A stretch of DNA of 64,000 nucleotides from Phoronis australis (GCA_002633005.1 NMRA01000091.1:351877-415876); one strand, 5' to 3'. Positions 37,029-50,243 are shown, counted from the stretch's first letter. The notes: generated from the letters alone by a model not told the origin. Numbers and translations are program-made.

Positions 37029-39224
37029 CCTGAAACCACTGAAGCTCTATCAGGTCTTGAGACTTCTGAAAATACAGTGGGTGATTCCATGACCAGAAAG
37101 TATCAAAGAGCTTTTCACGCCAACATCAAAGCATCCACATTCCAGGGACTGTGGGTTGACATGTACTATTAACTTCAGTCCTGGTTCGAAATTACCAGTG
37201 CAAGTTAACGTCACACTAGACGAGTGCATTTAGCAGTGAAGCGTCAATGATCAGATGTGGTATGAACGGATAACATCATGTCACCAGAGATATACACAGG
37301 TCTCACTGACTGAAACATGTGATATGATATTTTTTTGCTATTTTTTTCAAATACTCACCATTATATACCACTATAAGCAATTCATTTACGGCCATACAAT
37401 ATTTCAAAATTTAAACAAATTACACCTGCATGACATTTTCATCGCACCATCTTGCAATAACTTCAATAACTCGCATATCAAATGGCCATAACTGCTAACT
37501 ACCGAAGGTGGTCTGAACGTAACCAACTAACTGCACAGTGAGCAGTTAAAGCTCTTACCTCAAAGGGTTAAGCTGGCCCAAAACTTGTCCAAATAAGTAA
37601 AAAGTAACATGTTATATATAAATTTTACCTATTTTTTGTTATCACACTAAAATCCTTTTGGAGCACGATTTTGTACCTCGACCGAAATCCAAAAATCATC
37701 AAATATTCCCTTCTATTTCTGTGGCCTGAGTTCCTGTGCGTCAGTTCAGGAACGATTCCTGAATGACAGTTACCTTGTCCTTGAAACAAATTGACATCGT
37801 CGTGAGCGTATAAGCGGTTTTATTTTGTTTGGTTGTTTTTAATTTCATTTTGGTTCTTATTATACAAATATGACTATCTGTTGTCCCAATTTCATCTGTT
37901 CAATCTTAGCTATGACGAGTGGTATTTAATGCAATCATAAGATTAAATTTTGATTACGTGGCATTTATAGTCACATACCCAACACTGCTGAGGTGTCCAT
38001 CGCGAGGATATGTCAAATTTCAGCAACAATACCCATTCTGGTAAATTATTAGAGGAAAAACCTTTCTAGATCGGCAAATGTCTTTTCTTCAACGCCATAT
38101 CGTGAAATTGATGCAAAGTACCCGCAATTGTCGTTTGATTACCGACAGTGCATTTCGTAACTTGACAGCAAATCAGCACTCGGTTTACTGGTCGTTAAAA
38201 GTGTAAAATGGAAAGACAAAACATTCCCACAAGGCGAAGTTTCAACAAACAAAAACATTTTTCATCTAAAAACAGTGCACTTCTCACCAGAATTGCAGTA
38301 ACGCGCACCTGTGCTTGATTTGTCCTGCCTGGACACTAAAACCGGCGAAGTTTCTCCGGCAGTTGCCCGATGTGTCCCTTCGCTGGGAAAATAATCACAC
38401 CATGGGCGGCGCAGCACTGAAAAAAGTGGGAGGCTATAGCCCCCCCACAGCCCCCTATGGTTGGTACGAACACATAAACAGACAGCCTGTCACATAATGT
38501 ACAGTGGGACTTGCCCAATGAAAAATACCCAGCTTGACATCTGGAAATATTGAACAGGCTTAATGGAAAACCTGGTTTCTTCTAAGTTCAGGTCAAAGTC
38601 CAATGAGATGAACACAAATGCTCTTGTGGAATACACTCATTTATTTGCATGAACAGCCATACATGAGCAGGTTTCTGCAACAACTTAGTCGCCAATAACC
38701 AAGACATTCATTCAAACTACACTCTCAAAAAACTCCCCACGTCAAATTCAACTGTTGTTTTTAACGAACAGTCCAAGGAAAACTAACTTTTCATAAAGAC
38801 AAAAAACATGTAAATGCCAATTAAATGCCAATTCTAATATCAAATCAATAAAAATAAAACACAAAGCCTCTGATAACATGACCTCTGAACCGGCAAGTTA
38901 TCTCAATGGTATAAATGTAAGACATGTCTGGCAACAGTTTTGCAGTGCCAAGTGTTATCATGAACAGAACATTACCTAGAAGACTTCTTGGCAACAACAC
39001 AAGAAACAAGCCCATACCAGGCATCTAGGAAACATTAGATAAGATATGCAGCTCTTTAATAATATGAGAGCCCAAAAGCAACATCTGTTTAAACCAATTT
39101 CAAATTCTGGGAGTCAAGACAGAGTTAACAAAGACAAAAATCTGCCACGTCGATGTCAGGACACCAACAATATGCAACCACATATAAATATGTGGACACA
39201 TAAAAATGAAATTCGCATATCACA

Positions 39225-39730
39225 AGGCCCTTTCATACTAACTTAACTCCGGTATGAGCGGAGCGTTGATGTAAACTGTGAAGTAAATTGAATCGTTCAT
39301 ACCAGCTTCGGTGGTAAACGACATTGAAGTTAACGGTAGGTGACGCTGTCGTCATCAAAGTAATCACAAGGTAGCGCTGATGCATTCCGTGAATGCTAAG
39401 ATTTTTTTAATGTGACAATTTGAGAACATATACATGTGCTAATTGACACAAAACTTATTTCTAATTTGATAAGTAATTATTCGAGCAAAATATAACAATT
39501 AGCACTGCCCTTTATTGTTGATGATAGCTGCGGCCACTGGCAATAACTTCGATGACACTGGAGTTGACCGTTCATACCGCACTGCAGTGTCGATGCACCG
39601 CTGTTAAATCCACACGTTTCTTGTGAAGTTAACTGGTGCTGTTAACTTCGATCCATGACCGAAGTTAACCTTTCTACTGACAGCAACTCCCCCAAAACAT
39701 CGAGGTGTCGACATTAATATGAAAGGACCT
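39225..39730. mobile_element. PIF/Harbinger-like MITE
   Basis: aca|AGGCCCTTTCATACTAA ... TTAATATGAAAGGACCT|ata; near-matching 3-bp TSD; repeated gttaac/ttcatacc subterminal motifs. Confidence 0.78.
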
Positions 39731-41025
39731 ATAGACAAAAATAGAGGTTGGGCGGTATCATGAATATGTGGTCAAGACGCTCACTCAAATGTGTGCAACA
39801 TATTTCATTTGATAGTTACAGCATTTTAAATTTGATTTCCATGTCAATGTTTCCTATTTCCTGGTCAAGACAATTTTCACTCACATACTACTTTTAAAAT
39901 TAAATACAGGTCCCATTTAGAATGCAAAGTGTTCTGTAGCAGAGCTTCACAACATTCTACAAGAACAAAGGTATGTAACTGCAATCTATTTGACTGACAA
40001 AATGAATATGAACTGAAAAATTGTGAATGAGACGCATGTTCATACACGTGACATTGCATACAAAAGTTACACAGGTGCCACGTCACCTTATCAATCAGTG
40101 AAATGAGTTTACAAGTTGGTGAACTCCGTTTTTACTTACCTGAGACAATAGGGCCAATGCCATACAGCCACAATGTCAGACAGGATACCAAAATGACAAG
40201 CCATGTAAAATATCTACGGTACTCAAAGCAATATACCTTGAGGAAAAATTCCACCAGCTGCAACACCAGAGCAAAATACCCACCAGAGTTGTTAACACTC
40301 TGTACCAACCCTCCCATAAGAGCCCTCCTGCTGAGATGTGGGTTGGTTTACGAAAATTTCGCTGTGATACAAGAACATTCTAAGCATGTATAAATAAAAC
40401 ATATTTCATCTCAGTCATGTAAGGCTATTAATATCACTGCATAACATTGGGTCTCATCAGATAGCACTAGTCATACACTTAAGAACACTGATGCCAAATA
40501 TTTTCAGAAAGAAAATGTGCAGTGCTGCTCAACCAAATATCACGGATATTTATCCGGATACCATGGTAACTGTTTTACAATTTGACACTTGCACAAGTGT
40601 CTAATTTATTTACTTTGCTTTCATATTAATTCACAGTGGCACGTCAAAACATTATAATTTCAATTTATTCCATGCATTGCTGCTGAATCCATGTTCTTGG
40701 ATTATTTCTAAAACATCGCACATCAATTTAAAGCAACACTTACGTACATATAATGAGGCGGTATTGGATACTGCAACTGCAGTGAATGCAGAACAAATTT
40801 AACATGAAATGATTTGAAATCATACATTGCAAGTCTTTATCTTTGCTTGAATTCCATCAAGTGTATTTACGTTTCACAAAAAATTGAAAAATTGTATATT
40901 GATAGTTACATAAGCCTGTTGTTCATTCCCTAGACGACACAATTTTTTTCATGCGAAAAGTAAGGTCATGCGGGACCACACAATATCATACAAATAAAAC
41001 ATGAGTGCTGAAGACCAGCAAAGAC

Positions 41026-41121
41026 TAGCAAAATGGCTGCCACTAGAATGACTGGTCTAGCAATATGGCCGCCACTAGAGTGACTGGTCTAGCAAAATGG
41101 CCGCCACAAGAGTGACTGGTC
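41026..41121. repeat. 32-bp tandem repeat x3
   Basis: tagcaaaatggccgccactagagtgactggtc repeated three times. Confidence 0.92.
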
Positions 41122-41239
41122 ACAGAATGGTGAATTGTGGGAGAAAAGTCAAGATCGTCATGTATTGTATATGCTAATGCAAATGTACCGGTATATATAC
41201 CGCAAACATTTTGAAGTCTGGTCTGTACGCCACCTGCTT

Positions 41240-41662
41240 CAAGGTACCTAAACTACACGGTTAACGGACACATGAACACGGTCACGGACACATGAACATG
41301 ACTCATGGACCAGCAAACACCGTCCACTGACTCACAAACACGGGAACAGACTCACAAAACACGATCCATTCACACACGGGACATGAAACACAGTTAACAG
41401 ACTGCCAAACACGGGTCACAGACTCATCGGCTTCCTGGGTCAGCTAACATCTACATTTTGTCCGTAAACCGTGTTTGGCAGTCCGTTAACTGTATTTCCT
41501 TGTGTATATGGGTTCGTGTCCAGTGTTTTTGTGAATGGATCGTGTTTTGTGAGTCCGTTCCCGTGTTTGTGAGTCAGTGGACGATGTTTGCAGGTTCGTA
41601 GTCCTGTTCATGCATCCGTGACCGTGTTTATGAGTCCGTTAACCATGTAGTTAGGTACCTTG
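41240..41662. mobile_element. Fold-back MITE (~190-bp arms, CAAGG...CCTTG termini)
   Basis: caaggtaccta(a)actacacggttaacggac... / ...gtccgttaaccatgtagttaggtaccttg; arms built of ~14-bp cacgg/gactc subrepeats. Confidence 0.88.
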
Positions 41663-41699
41663 TGCTGGCTGAAGACAGAACATTCCATTTCAGATGCAC

Positions 41700-42075
41700 A
41701 ATGTAATATTTTTTCATACTGGCTATTTTCAGACATTCTTACTAATTTTGCACACCCTTGCTAAAAAATTTTTCAGGGGCTTACAGCATTGCAAAGGCTC
41801 AAAATGATACCAATCTTTTTTGGTAAAAAGCTATCTCATACAAACCATGCTCAAAGCAAAGTAATTTTTCCCGAAAAGTTATTTTTCTATAAATTTGACA
41901 AAATGAAATTTCACCTGTCTACCACATTGTGTCCTGAGCTGAAGAATTTTTACCGTAATTACTTCAAGTATTATTCCTTGGACAAATTTTTGAGCATGCA
42001 ACCTTATCTATAAATAAAGTTTGAACAAAGTCAATTTTTCTAAAATGTAGGGACATGTTTCAGCGGTAAAACATC
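41700..42075 (+). repeat. Dispersed repeat fragment (relatives at ~54290-54520 minus and ~57840-57920 plus)
   Basis: Shared core aaatttcacctgtctaccacattgtgtcc; spurious translations FHLSTTLCP / FHLSAILCA / FSFSSTLCP align. Confidence 0.55.
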
Positions 42076-42087
42076 TGCCATTGTCAA

Positions 42088-45000
42088 GCTTTATTTAGAG
42101 AATGAATGTCAGGATGGCTGCAGGTATAATACACAGAAAATTCCGAAACACGCAAAAATACCAGAACAGGTTTGGCTAGCAATCAGCGAATCACAACTCA
42201 GTGTAACAGTGCCAACGACTCATGGGAAACCTGTGCATTAAGTGAGGGCGTTTACGAACACCGAATGTGAATGGCTTCATGCAGTTGTCAATAATCATAA
42301 AGCTGTGTTCGCCAGCCACCTCTCAACAAGTAGCATTGTTTTCCAAGTGTCTAAAGATTGTGAATTCTTATCGCTAACTATGTGTTCCTTCATCCTTGTA
42401 GTCAAGTGGGAGTTGTCTCCCCAATATAAGTTGCTTGGCAACAGCTACAATCAAATTTATACACTACATGGGATTTTAGAGCAAAACGAATCTTACCTTC
42501 AACATCAAGTTTACTTGAAACCCTGTAGGAATTAAATGCAAGCTGACAACTGCCCTTTTGCAAAACCTCAAAGACAATGATTTCAGTTTACGCTGTGCTA
42601 TCTTGGAGCACAGGCGCTTGGGTTTATCGCAAATGACGTCACTCATAATATATAAGCAAACATAAAGGTTGGACACTCGAAATCTGTTTGCTCAGAATTT
42701 TCTACTCAAATGTGCATGGAACTCCACGAAACTAGCATCGAACAACTCTTAGAATACTTTCTTTCATTCGATCTCTTCAAGTGGTAATTTGGCGACAAAA
42801 ATGCAAAAAGAATGCCAAAATCACAAATTCAAGGACCTAATTCCGTGATGTCATGGCAGACGGTCTTCGCACATCCGGGTTTAGACAGACGCTCCCGAGC
42901 TAAATCCGAAAGTCTAATTTCGCGCGGCTTTCGCCGTCAACTTGAATCCATCGACTACTTGATCATGAGAAGCAGAGAGCACTTTATTGCCAAATAAATG
43001 TAATTACTCACATATTTGTGTCAAATATAAATTATCCTGATACTGTATTGATATGCGAATTTTTTGTGTACTGTGATTTCTTATGAAGGTTTTACTTTTG
43101 GCCAAAACCATTGAGTTAACTCGTCGGCCACGCGCATTGTAATACTTGCACGGACTGCGTTTCCTGGCCGAGTGTGTGTTGTGCTTCAATCAAAAAAGTG
43201 CGTGATGTCAAGATGAGAAACAAGATACGCCAGTTTATGTTATAAAATTCTAAGTTAAGGGCTAAAATGAGCTGTCAGTGGAATAAAGTTACAAATAATC
43301 ATTAAAATACTAACTTTAACATTTTCAATTAGTTGAGTTTTGGATTAGAATTATTGAATTTGAAATATAGGTTGCCTGCTCAAACTCGAAGTTTCACCTA
43401 CGACAGGCGTACAAGTTGAAGCACAACTGAAATCCGCCATGTTTACTATTTCAGGTCCTTGAATTCAGAGTTTTGAGATTGTTTTAGAAATTCCATCGCC
43501 AATTCACCTCTCACCAATACAGTTAATGGGATCTAGGAAAGATAAGGCTTCGAAGGTTTATGCAACACCAGACTGAGGGAGGTGCACGCAGATTTTATTT
43601 GGATTTTGGACGGTTGAAGTTGGGAGCCTCGGCTTGGCAAAGATTAAGTGTCCAACCTTTATGTTTTCTTATATATATTATTGAGTGACGTCATTTGCGA
43701 TAAACCCAAGCACCTGTGTCTTGGAGTAAAAACCCCTATTACGTATTGACGGGGCTTTATATGAAAATAACTCAACCACTCGATCTTTAAAGATGTGTTC
43801 AATCAATTGCCGAGGAAATGAATTCCTAATGAAGGAACACCTAGTTAACGATAAGAGTTCACACACCTTTAGACACTTGGAAAACATGGCTGCTTCGGCG
43901 CTAGGGAACACCGCTTTACGTTTATTGACAACTGCGACTTGAATTAACTCAGTATTGGTCACAAGAATGGAGAATGAGTTTTAAACCAGAGAAAACATTG
44001 ACCTCACCTTCTCCAAATCTATTTGCTCTCTTCCTTGTTGACCCGTCTTATGACCTTAAACTTATGTTGAAATGATTCCTAGAAAACAGTTGCACAAACA
44101 TCTTGGTATACTGTTACATGAAAAACTCTCATTCAGACCCCAAGTTCGGGAGCTCGTGCAAAAAAATTCAGAAACTAATTAACCCATTTAAGCTCGTCTC
44201 TCATCATCTAAATTCTACACATTTAGAAGTTCTGTTCAAGTCCTTTTTATACTTCCACATGTGAATTATTGTGATATTATATATCAGTCTGCCAACACTG
44301 GTGCACTCCAGCATTTGGAGAAATCACAGTATCGAGCTGCCGTACTCATAACTGGGGCTTACAGGGGATCCAACAGTGTTAAGGTTTTGAATAGTCTCAA
44401 GTGGCCCAAATTGTCTACTCCACGCAACCTTCACATGGCCACATTTTCTTTCAAAGTAATAAACAATGTCAAGAACGCCTCCATCAAAAAATATTTGATC
44501 TATGCACTCGACATTCGTAGTTGTTTGAAATCCTCCACCCCATATGCAATTCCTCCGTCGTTTAGTCACTCAGTCATTCAGAAGGTCTACAGTCATGAAG
44601 TGCATCAACAACTGGAATTCTCTTCCAGTCTCTGTTAAGGAAAACAACTCTTTTATGAGTACAAAAAATAATTTTTGGAACTGCTTTTCATAATTTTGAT
44701 AACTCAACAACCCTGACTCAAATCTCCCTTCCCAGCGAACACGAAATAGCATTGTACAGATGCGGTCTTTTCCTCAACTCCGACAAGTTTAGGCACAACT
44801 TTAGTAATGTCTCTCCAAGCTGTAAATGTGGTGACCATCAATCTTATCCTCATGTTTTCTTCAAATGTCCCCTCATCGAATACCCGAGAGGCTCACTCTT
44901 TCATGCACTCAATGAAAACCAATCAATTGTAAAAGTTCTCAATTCTTGTAATAATATCCCTACTAAAGTTACATTATTATTGACTGGTAGTCCTAACTTT

Positions 45001-45506
45001 GGCCATGTTATCAATGAATTCCTCCTAAGCAACGTTACCAAATTTTTATGTATCACTTATAAATATTGTTGCTTCTGATTTCCACACATCTATCTGTATA
45101 TGTTTTTGTTTTTGAATGTTCGTAATAGCATATCTAAATATTGGAATACTTGTATTAGATACCACTTAAATGTATATACCTCTATGTATATTACTTTCAT
45201 CTATGAATTGTCTACAACCCAGATATAACGCTTCGTGATTTCTGGGTTTGTCATTACTTCTTTGTATGTTCTGTGTATTCCTCAATGAATATATATCACT
45301 CCGTACTGCAAGAAGCCATTCACATTCGGTCTTAAGAAACGCTTTCACTCAATGCACAGGTTTCCCATGAGTCGTTGACACTGTTACTGTGACTGAGTTG
45401 TGATTCGCTGATTGCTGACCAATCCTGTTCTGGCATTTTTGCGTGTTTTGGAATTTTCTGTGTACTGTACCTGTAACTGTCCAGGCATCCATTCTCTAAA
45501 TAAACC
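42088..45506. mobile_element. Long-TIR (~770 bp) Kolobok-like non-autonomous element with a nested LINE
   Basis: 42088-42285 pairs with 45305-45506; 42280-42860 pairs (with indels) with 43432-43935; flanks tcaa|gc ... cc|ttaa (degenerate TTAA TSD). Confidence 0.85.
43936..45304 (+). mobile_element. 5'-truncated, frameshifted CR1/L2-group LINE
   Basis: Relic translation DL...WSQEWRMSFKPEK, HKHLGILL..KLSF, YCDIIY...LEKSQYRAAVLITGA, SPSCKCG...HVFFKCP; flanked by ACTGC on both sides. Confidence 0.92.
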
Positions 45507-46329
45507 TTAACAAGGATGATTTATTATTGTCTTTATTCAAGCTTTACCTTGTGTTCCTCAGTTCGAGAAAGATCTCGTAGAACTATCTATAAATAATTAC
45601 GATCAACAAAATGGGGGAACTTAGGATTCCAGGAAAATAATCCAGTCAAGTGTTTCTTTAAAAATGTTACAAGCTCATTCATTTAACTTAAGAAGTTACA
45701 CAAACTAACATCCATCTCCCTGAACATAAACTTCAGAATAGCCAGAACCTCACTTGACCAACTAGTTCAACTGACTAAATACAAGCGTTAACTCCATTCC
45801 TGCATTGTCACTAACCTCAAAAAAGAGAAAATCAACATGTGGGTAAACTGAAAAAAATGTAACTGGATTGCGTTACAAACATTTTAGCCCTGGAGGTCAC
45901 GGGGTCGTGGGGAAGAAATCCACTTGGCTGAAGGTGGACATGTTACAGAATCTTGTACAGAATGTACTTTGGCGCACAGCACCCATAATGTGGTTTAGTG
46001 AAGGAAGCACCCACAATGCACTTCAGCACAGGAAGCACACACACACTTGGTGATCGTGGACTGCTGAGGGTGAACAACTCATAACACAAAGCATGGATTC
46101 CTAGAAAGCTGCAAGATCAGTCAGCAATTGAACAGTGGAAGTTTCTAGTTGGCTGATAAACTTTCACATGAAATTACTGGAAACACAAAACCAACCTCTA
46201 ATTCTATAATTATCAGTCATAAAAATCACACTTCCCAGAAATATCTGTAACCACAATGACCTTCCACTGAAACCTGACTGACCTCGGAAACCTCAGGTAA
46301 TGAAGTAATCACATTCATTCATTCATAAG

Positions 46330-49300
46330 CACGGGTGAGAAACAACATGACCGCCGGTCCTCTTAAATCGGACCGACTCACCCAAAACAAGACCTCTGGG
46401 GATCAAATAGGACCGCCGCACCAGAAAATGGGACTGACGCACCTAAAAACATGACCGCCCCACCACAAAATAGGACCCCCGGGGACTGAACATGACAGCC
46501 GAGGATTGAAACCGCAGTGACAAACAAGTTAAGATTTATTACCGGTAGGCCTACACAGATCATACAATGGAGCTANACAAAACGAGCTCCTGCCGTATAC
46601 CATACCGCCTTTGTTCAGATCAGCTTTTAGCCTGTTCAAGAGACAATTTCTTTTTAATAATTGACATCTTCATCTTCATCGTCATAGTCCCATCGTGGCA
46701 ACCATTGGCTCCATTGTGAAGTAGATGTTCTAGTTTCCATCTGGGGAGACGGAGCGGTCTCTGCCATTTTGACAGTAATGAAGAACAAAAACAGTAAGGC
46801 ATGTGACTAAATGTCATATTAGTGCCCCCTAGTGATAACTTCACTGAACTAGTTTTCTGAGCAACTGCGAAGCTGATGAGAACACTAACGGTCAACTTTA
46901 CCGTTAACCACAGTTAACATGGAAGCTTGAATATTAGCAAAGTTGACTGTGTGGGAAAGAGCCTTCAAACTACCTCAAAAAAAATTGAAAACTTTCATTC
47001 TTTACATTCAAACAGTTGAAAAGTTATTATAAATTCCAGCATCTAGCAAGTTGGAAATAGCCCAACACTGAAGCCCACCCAACAAGTTGGCAGAACTTAA
47101 GCCACAGAAACATTCCATTGAGCTCAGGGAAGCAGATCAAAGTACCATCAGTAATACTCATCATTACTTTACTCAGCACAGCCTATATTGATATTGGAGG
47201 TATTATGTTGACCCAGTTTTCACCCCTTGATCTTTTGTACCCAGTTGTAACATAATCTTGAATTTGAGGTCATTCACCTCTGCTAGGGATTATTACAGTT
47301 ACTTACCCCTTCTAGATATAACCTACCATGTAATGAAACACATTGTGGAATAATATACAACACACAGTCTAGACTGCACTAGGGTTTGGTGAATTCACCA
47401 GTATACCTAAGTTCTACAGATTTGGAACATACAGGTGGATTTTTTCATTTAGATTTAATGAAGACAATTTATGCTGTTTTTTGCTTATTCCAGCAATTGA
47501 CCTTTCGCAAACTCTGCCCCCTTATGAAAAGTCACTTGACATCCGACAAACAAACAATAAGTTTTACCCGACAACGTATTGTTTGTCGGGTAAAATGGCG
47601 GCTTGGAAACGAAGATGTGTAAAGAATGCTGTGTTCTTATAGGTCAATTAAGATGTCACTCAAAATCCAGTGGCAATAGGTCAATTCACCCAACTTTACC
47701 ACAATACCCCCTAAGCAGGTCAAGGCTCAGGGTATTCCTGTTTTATAGTACCCTAATTATTTGGCTTAACAACCTGGGGACTCGAACTGTCAAGACTCCG
47801 AAACCAGGGGCGCTTAACTCAGAGTTGGGCCCTTAAATTGAAAAATTCAAGAAATTGGGGGCAGGCGCTTACTTGAAACGGGCTCTTAACTTGAGTCAGC
47901 AAGTCGCCATGGCCACTTATGACTTCCGAAACTGAAGTATACAGACCCAAAGTTCAAAGAATTTGCCTCAAGGCTAAGATGTCGCTGCAAAAGTTGAATC
48001 AGTGCCCTTGAACTCGACAGTTGAACTCAAATAGCTACCGTAAGAGAGCAACTTGAAATAAGAGAAAATATGTGTAAGAAAATGCCTGCAAAAACTCTAG
48101 GCCTGACTTATTATATGAACATCACCACACTCAATGAAGATGCAAAGTTAGATAAATCTTGTCAAAAATGAAGACTTGGTGCACAGAAGTGGTGTAGTGC
48201 ATATTTCACAACAAAAAAATCTTTAGTCTTACCATACACTGGTTACGTATTCGATAAGCAGTTTCGCATGCATAACCCGACCAGGGCATACAGAGATTTG
48301 CAGAAGTTTAAGTGCTTGGATAAGTAGCACTAGACTCCCCTCCCTCACATTTCTAGGCTTGTCAAATTAACACACAAGGCATTAACTCCAACGTTTCTGG
48401 TACTGAACATTTCCTTTATTGGACACCAAATTTTCAAACACTAACATTCTTGTAGTAAATACACACACCAAGAAATTTTGTACAACTTAGTCATTTAACA
48501 GTGAACCCACCTAATGACAAACTAGACTTGTCCTTTTATAAAAAATAACTTTGGTTCAAATCAACACTGCCTAATCTACTGATTAGTTTTTGAGCACTGA
48601 ATTAACTTTTTAAATCACTGAATCAACTTTGTGAAGTTCTTTCGGTATCTTATCTGAATCAAAAATGATCCCTGCCTTTTGAAAATGGTCAACAAAGTAT
48701 TTGGAGGTCTGTCATAGGGTAATTCTCCACTTAAATAATAAATTTATATATCAGTAAATTTATACTGAAGGTACTCATGGTGTACTTGAGAATTCTTTGT
48801 AACCAGTAAATAATTAAGTTGCAATTTTCTTCTAAAATTTGCTATGCACGTTGTTATTACAAAGTTCACCAGCTTTTAAGCATAAGAATTTATGGCTGAC
48901 CACACGTAGGTATTCAAATGCTTCAAGTTTCTGTACTCATAGTCTGCTTTTTAATATTCAGCTGTATAGGTCAGGAGTATGACAGCAGTCTGTTGTAGGC
49001 AGAGCATTGCCATACTGCACTGCGGTCTTGATATTAATGAACCCTCAAATAGTCACACTCTTGATTAGCGGTATGGTTTAATGAGCTGGGTATGGCTTAA
49101 TGAGGTCGTAAACACTTTGCATTTTTCCAAGAAATTACAAAGTCTGTCCAAACACATGGACAGTTTTACCACTCATTTGACAGTGAAGTATGTAAACAAC
49201 TGAGCAGTACACTATTGCAGCTGANCAAACCGAATTTCAGAACAAATCGTGCTGCTGCGAAGTTGAGTTATCATCTTAATTCCGAAAGATGTCGCAAATT

Positions 49301-49828
49301 TTAGGAAATGGCGGGTGCTCATGTCACGAGCGTGACAGACTTTTTTGTTACAATAGACAAACAAATGACGTTCATTAGATTGTTTTTCACTCAAGCGGCT
49401 GCAACCTGCAAGGTGAGTGTTGATTGACTCCCAGGTTTGCATGCGCCTGCTCCACTCACTAGCTCTACATGGTGATATAAATTTCAAGACGAGGTGACGA
49501 GCAGAACTATACCCGGGCTGTGGGAAATTTCGGGGATGTAACGGAGCTCAATAACGCAGTGCTATCAAGCTTTATTTTGGCGAGTTTTTACACAGCTAGC
49601 TGACCGGTTACGTCATAACCCGCACTTGTACAAACGCCTTGATAACTACATTTTGTCCGGCGGTCATGTTCAGTCCCTGGCGGTCCTGTTTTGTGGTGGG
49701 GTAGTCATGTTTTTAGGTGCGTCAGTCCCATTTTCTGGTGCGGTAGTCCCATTTGATCCCCAGAGGTCCTGTTTTGGGTGAGTCAGTCCGATTTATAGGA
49801 CCAGAGGTCATGTTGTTTCTCACCCGTG
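46330..49828. mobile_element. CMC-superfamily (Chapaev/EnSpm-like) element with ~170-bp TIRs
   Basis: CACGGGTGAGAAACAACATGACC ... GGTCATGTTGTTTCTCACCCGTG; subterminal (A/G)GACC repeats at ~20-bp period; flanks TAAG/AAAG (3 of 4 match). Confidence 0.85.
46580..49223 (+). repeat. 2.6-kb direct duplication, copy 1 (between N at 46576 and N at 49225; probable haplotig)
   Basis: Near-identical to 50244-52864 from aaacgagctcc to cactattgcagctg. Confidence 0.97.
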
Positions 49829-49955
49829 AAAAGCATTTCAGAAGCCTTTCCCACTGGCTCCGAAGTTTGGGCACTATGAAGGGAACACTTAACATTGATG
49901 CTATTGGAGTTATCAACGGGAGTTACTGTTTTTGCCAACAGTGGGTAGTGACTGC

Positions 49956-50008
49956 TTAATATTTGTTAATATTTGTTAATATTTTTGTTAATATTTGTTA
50001 ATATTTTG
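49956..50008. repeat. AT-rich 11-bp tandem repeat
   Basis: (ttaatatttgt) ~5 copies. Confidence 0.85.
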
Positions 50009-50243
50009 CTTTATTTATTATTTTGGCAGTACAAGCATCATGTTTCAATTTATCCATGTACCGGTAATTGCTGGATTCTTTACATAAAAATCTTGGCCAG
50101 TTGCTTCACCAATGTTCTGTCAAACGTCTAACTTTGTTCAGAGAATACAAGTGGCATGGAATAAAGACAGCCAACAACGACAAGTGTCGTGTTTTCAACA
50201 ACTTTCACATAAAAAAATCACTGAATGTTTAGTGTATATACTG

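Noticed and set aside
38400-38470. Short GC-rich palindrome (ggaggctatagccccc), also 23415-23526
   Set aside because: Look like hAT-type MITE remnants, but no TSD or clear TIR pair could be verified.
46620-47836. Duplicated gene pair from ORF track (46620-46895/50296-50553; 47386-47836/51085-51520)
   Set aside because: Non-ATG-start chance ORFs inside the 2.6-kb duplication; no recognisable domain, and some are disrupted between copies.
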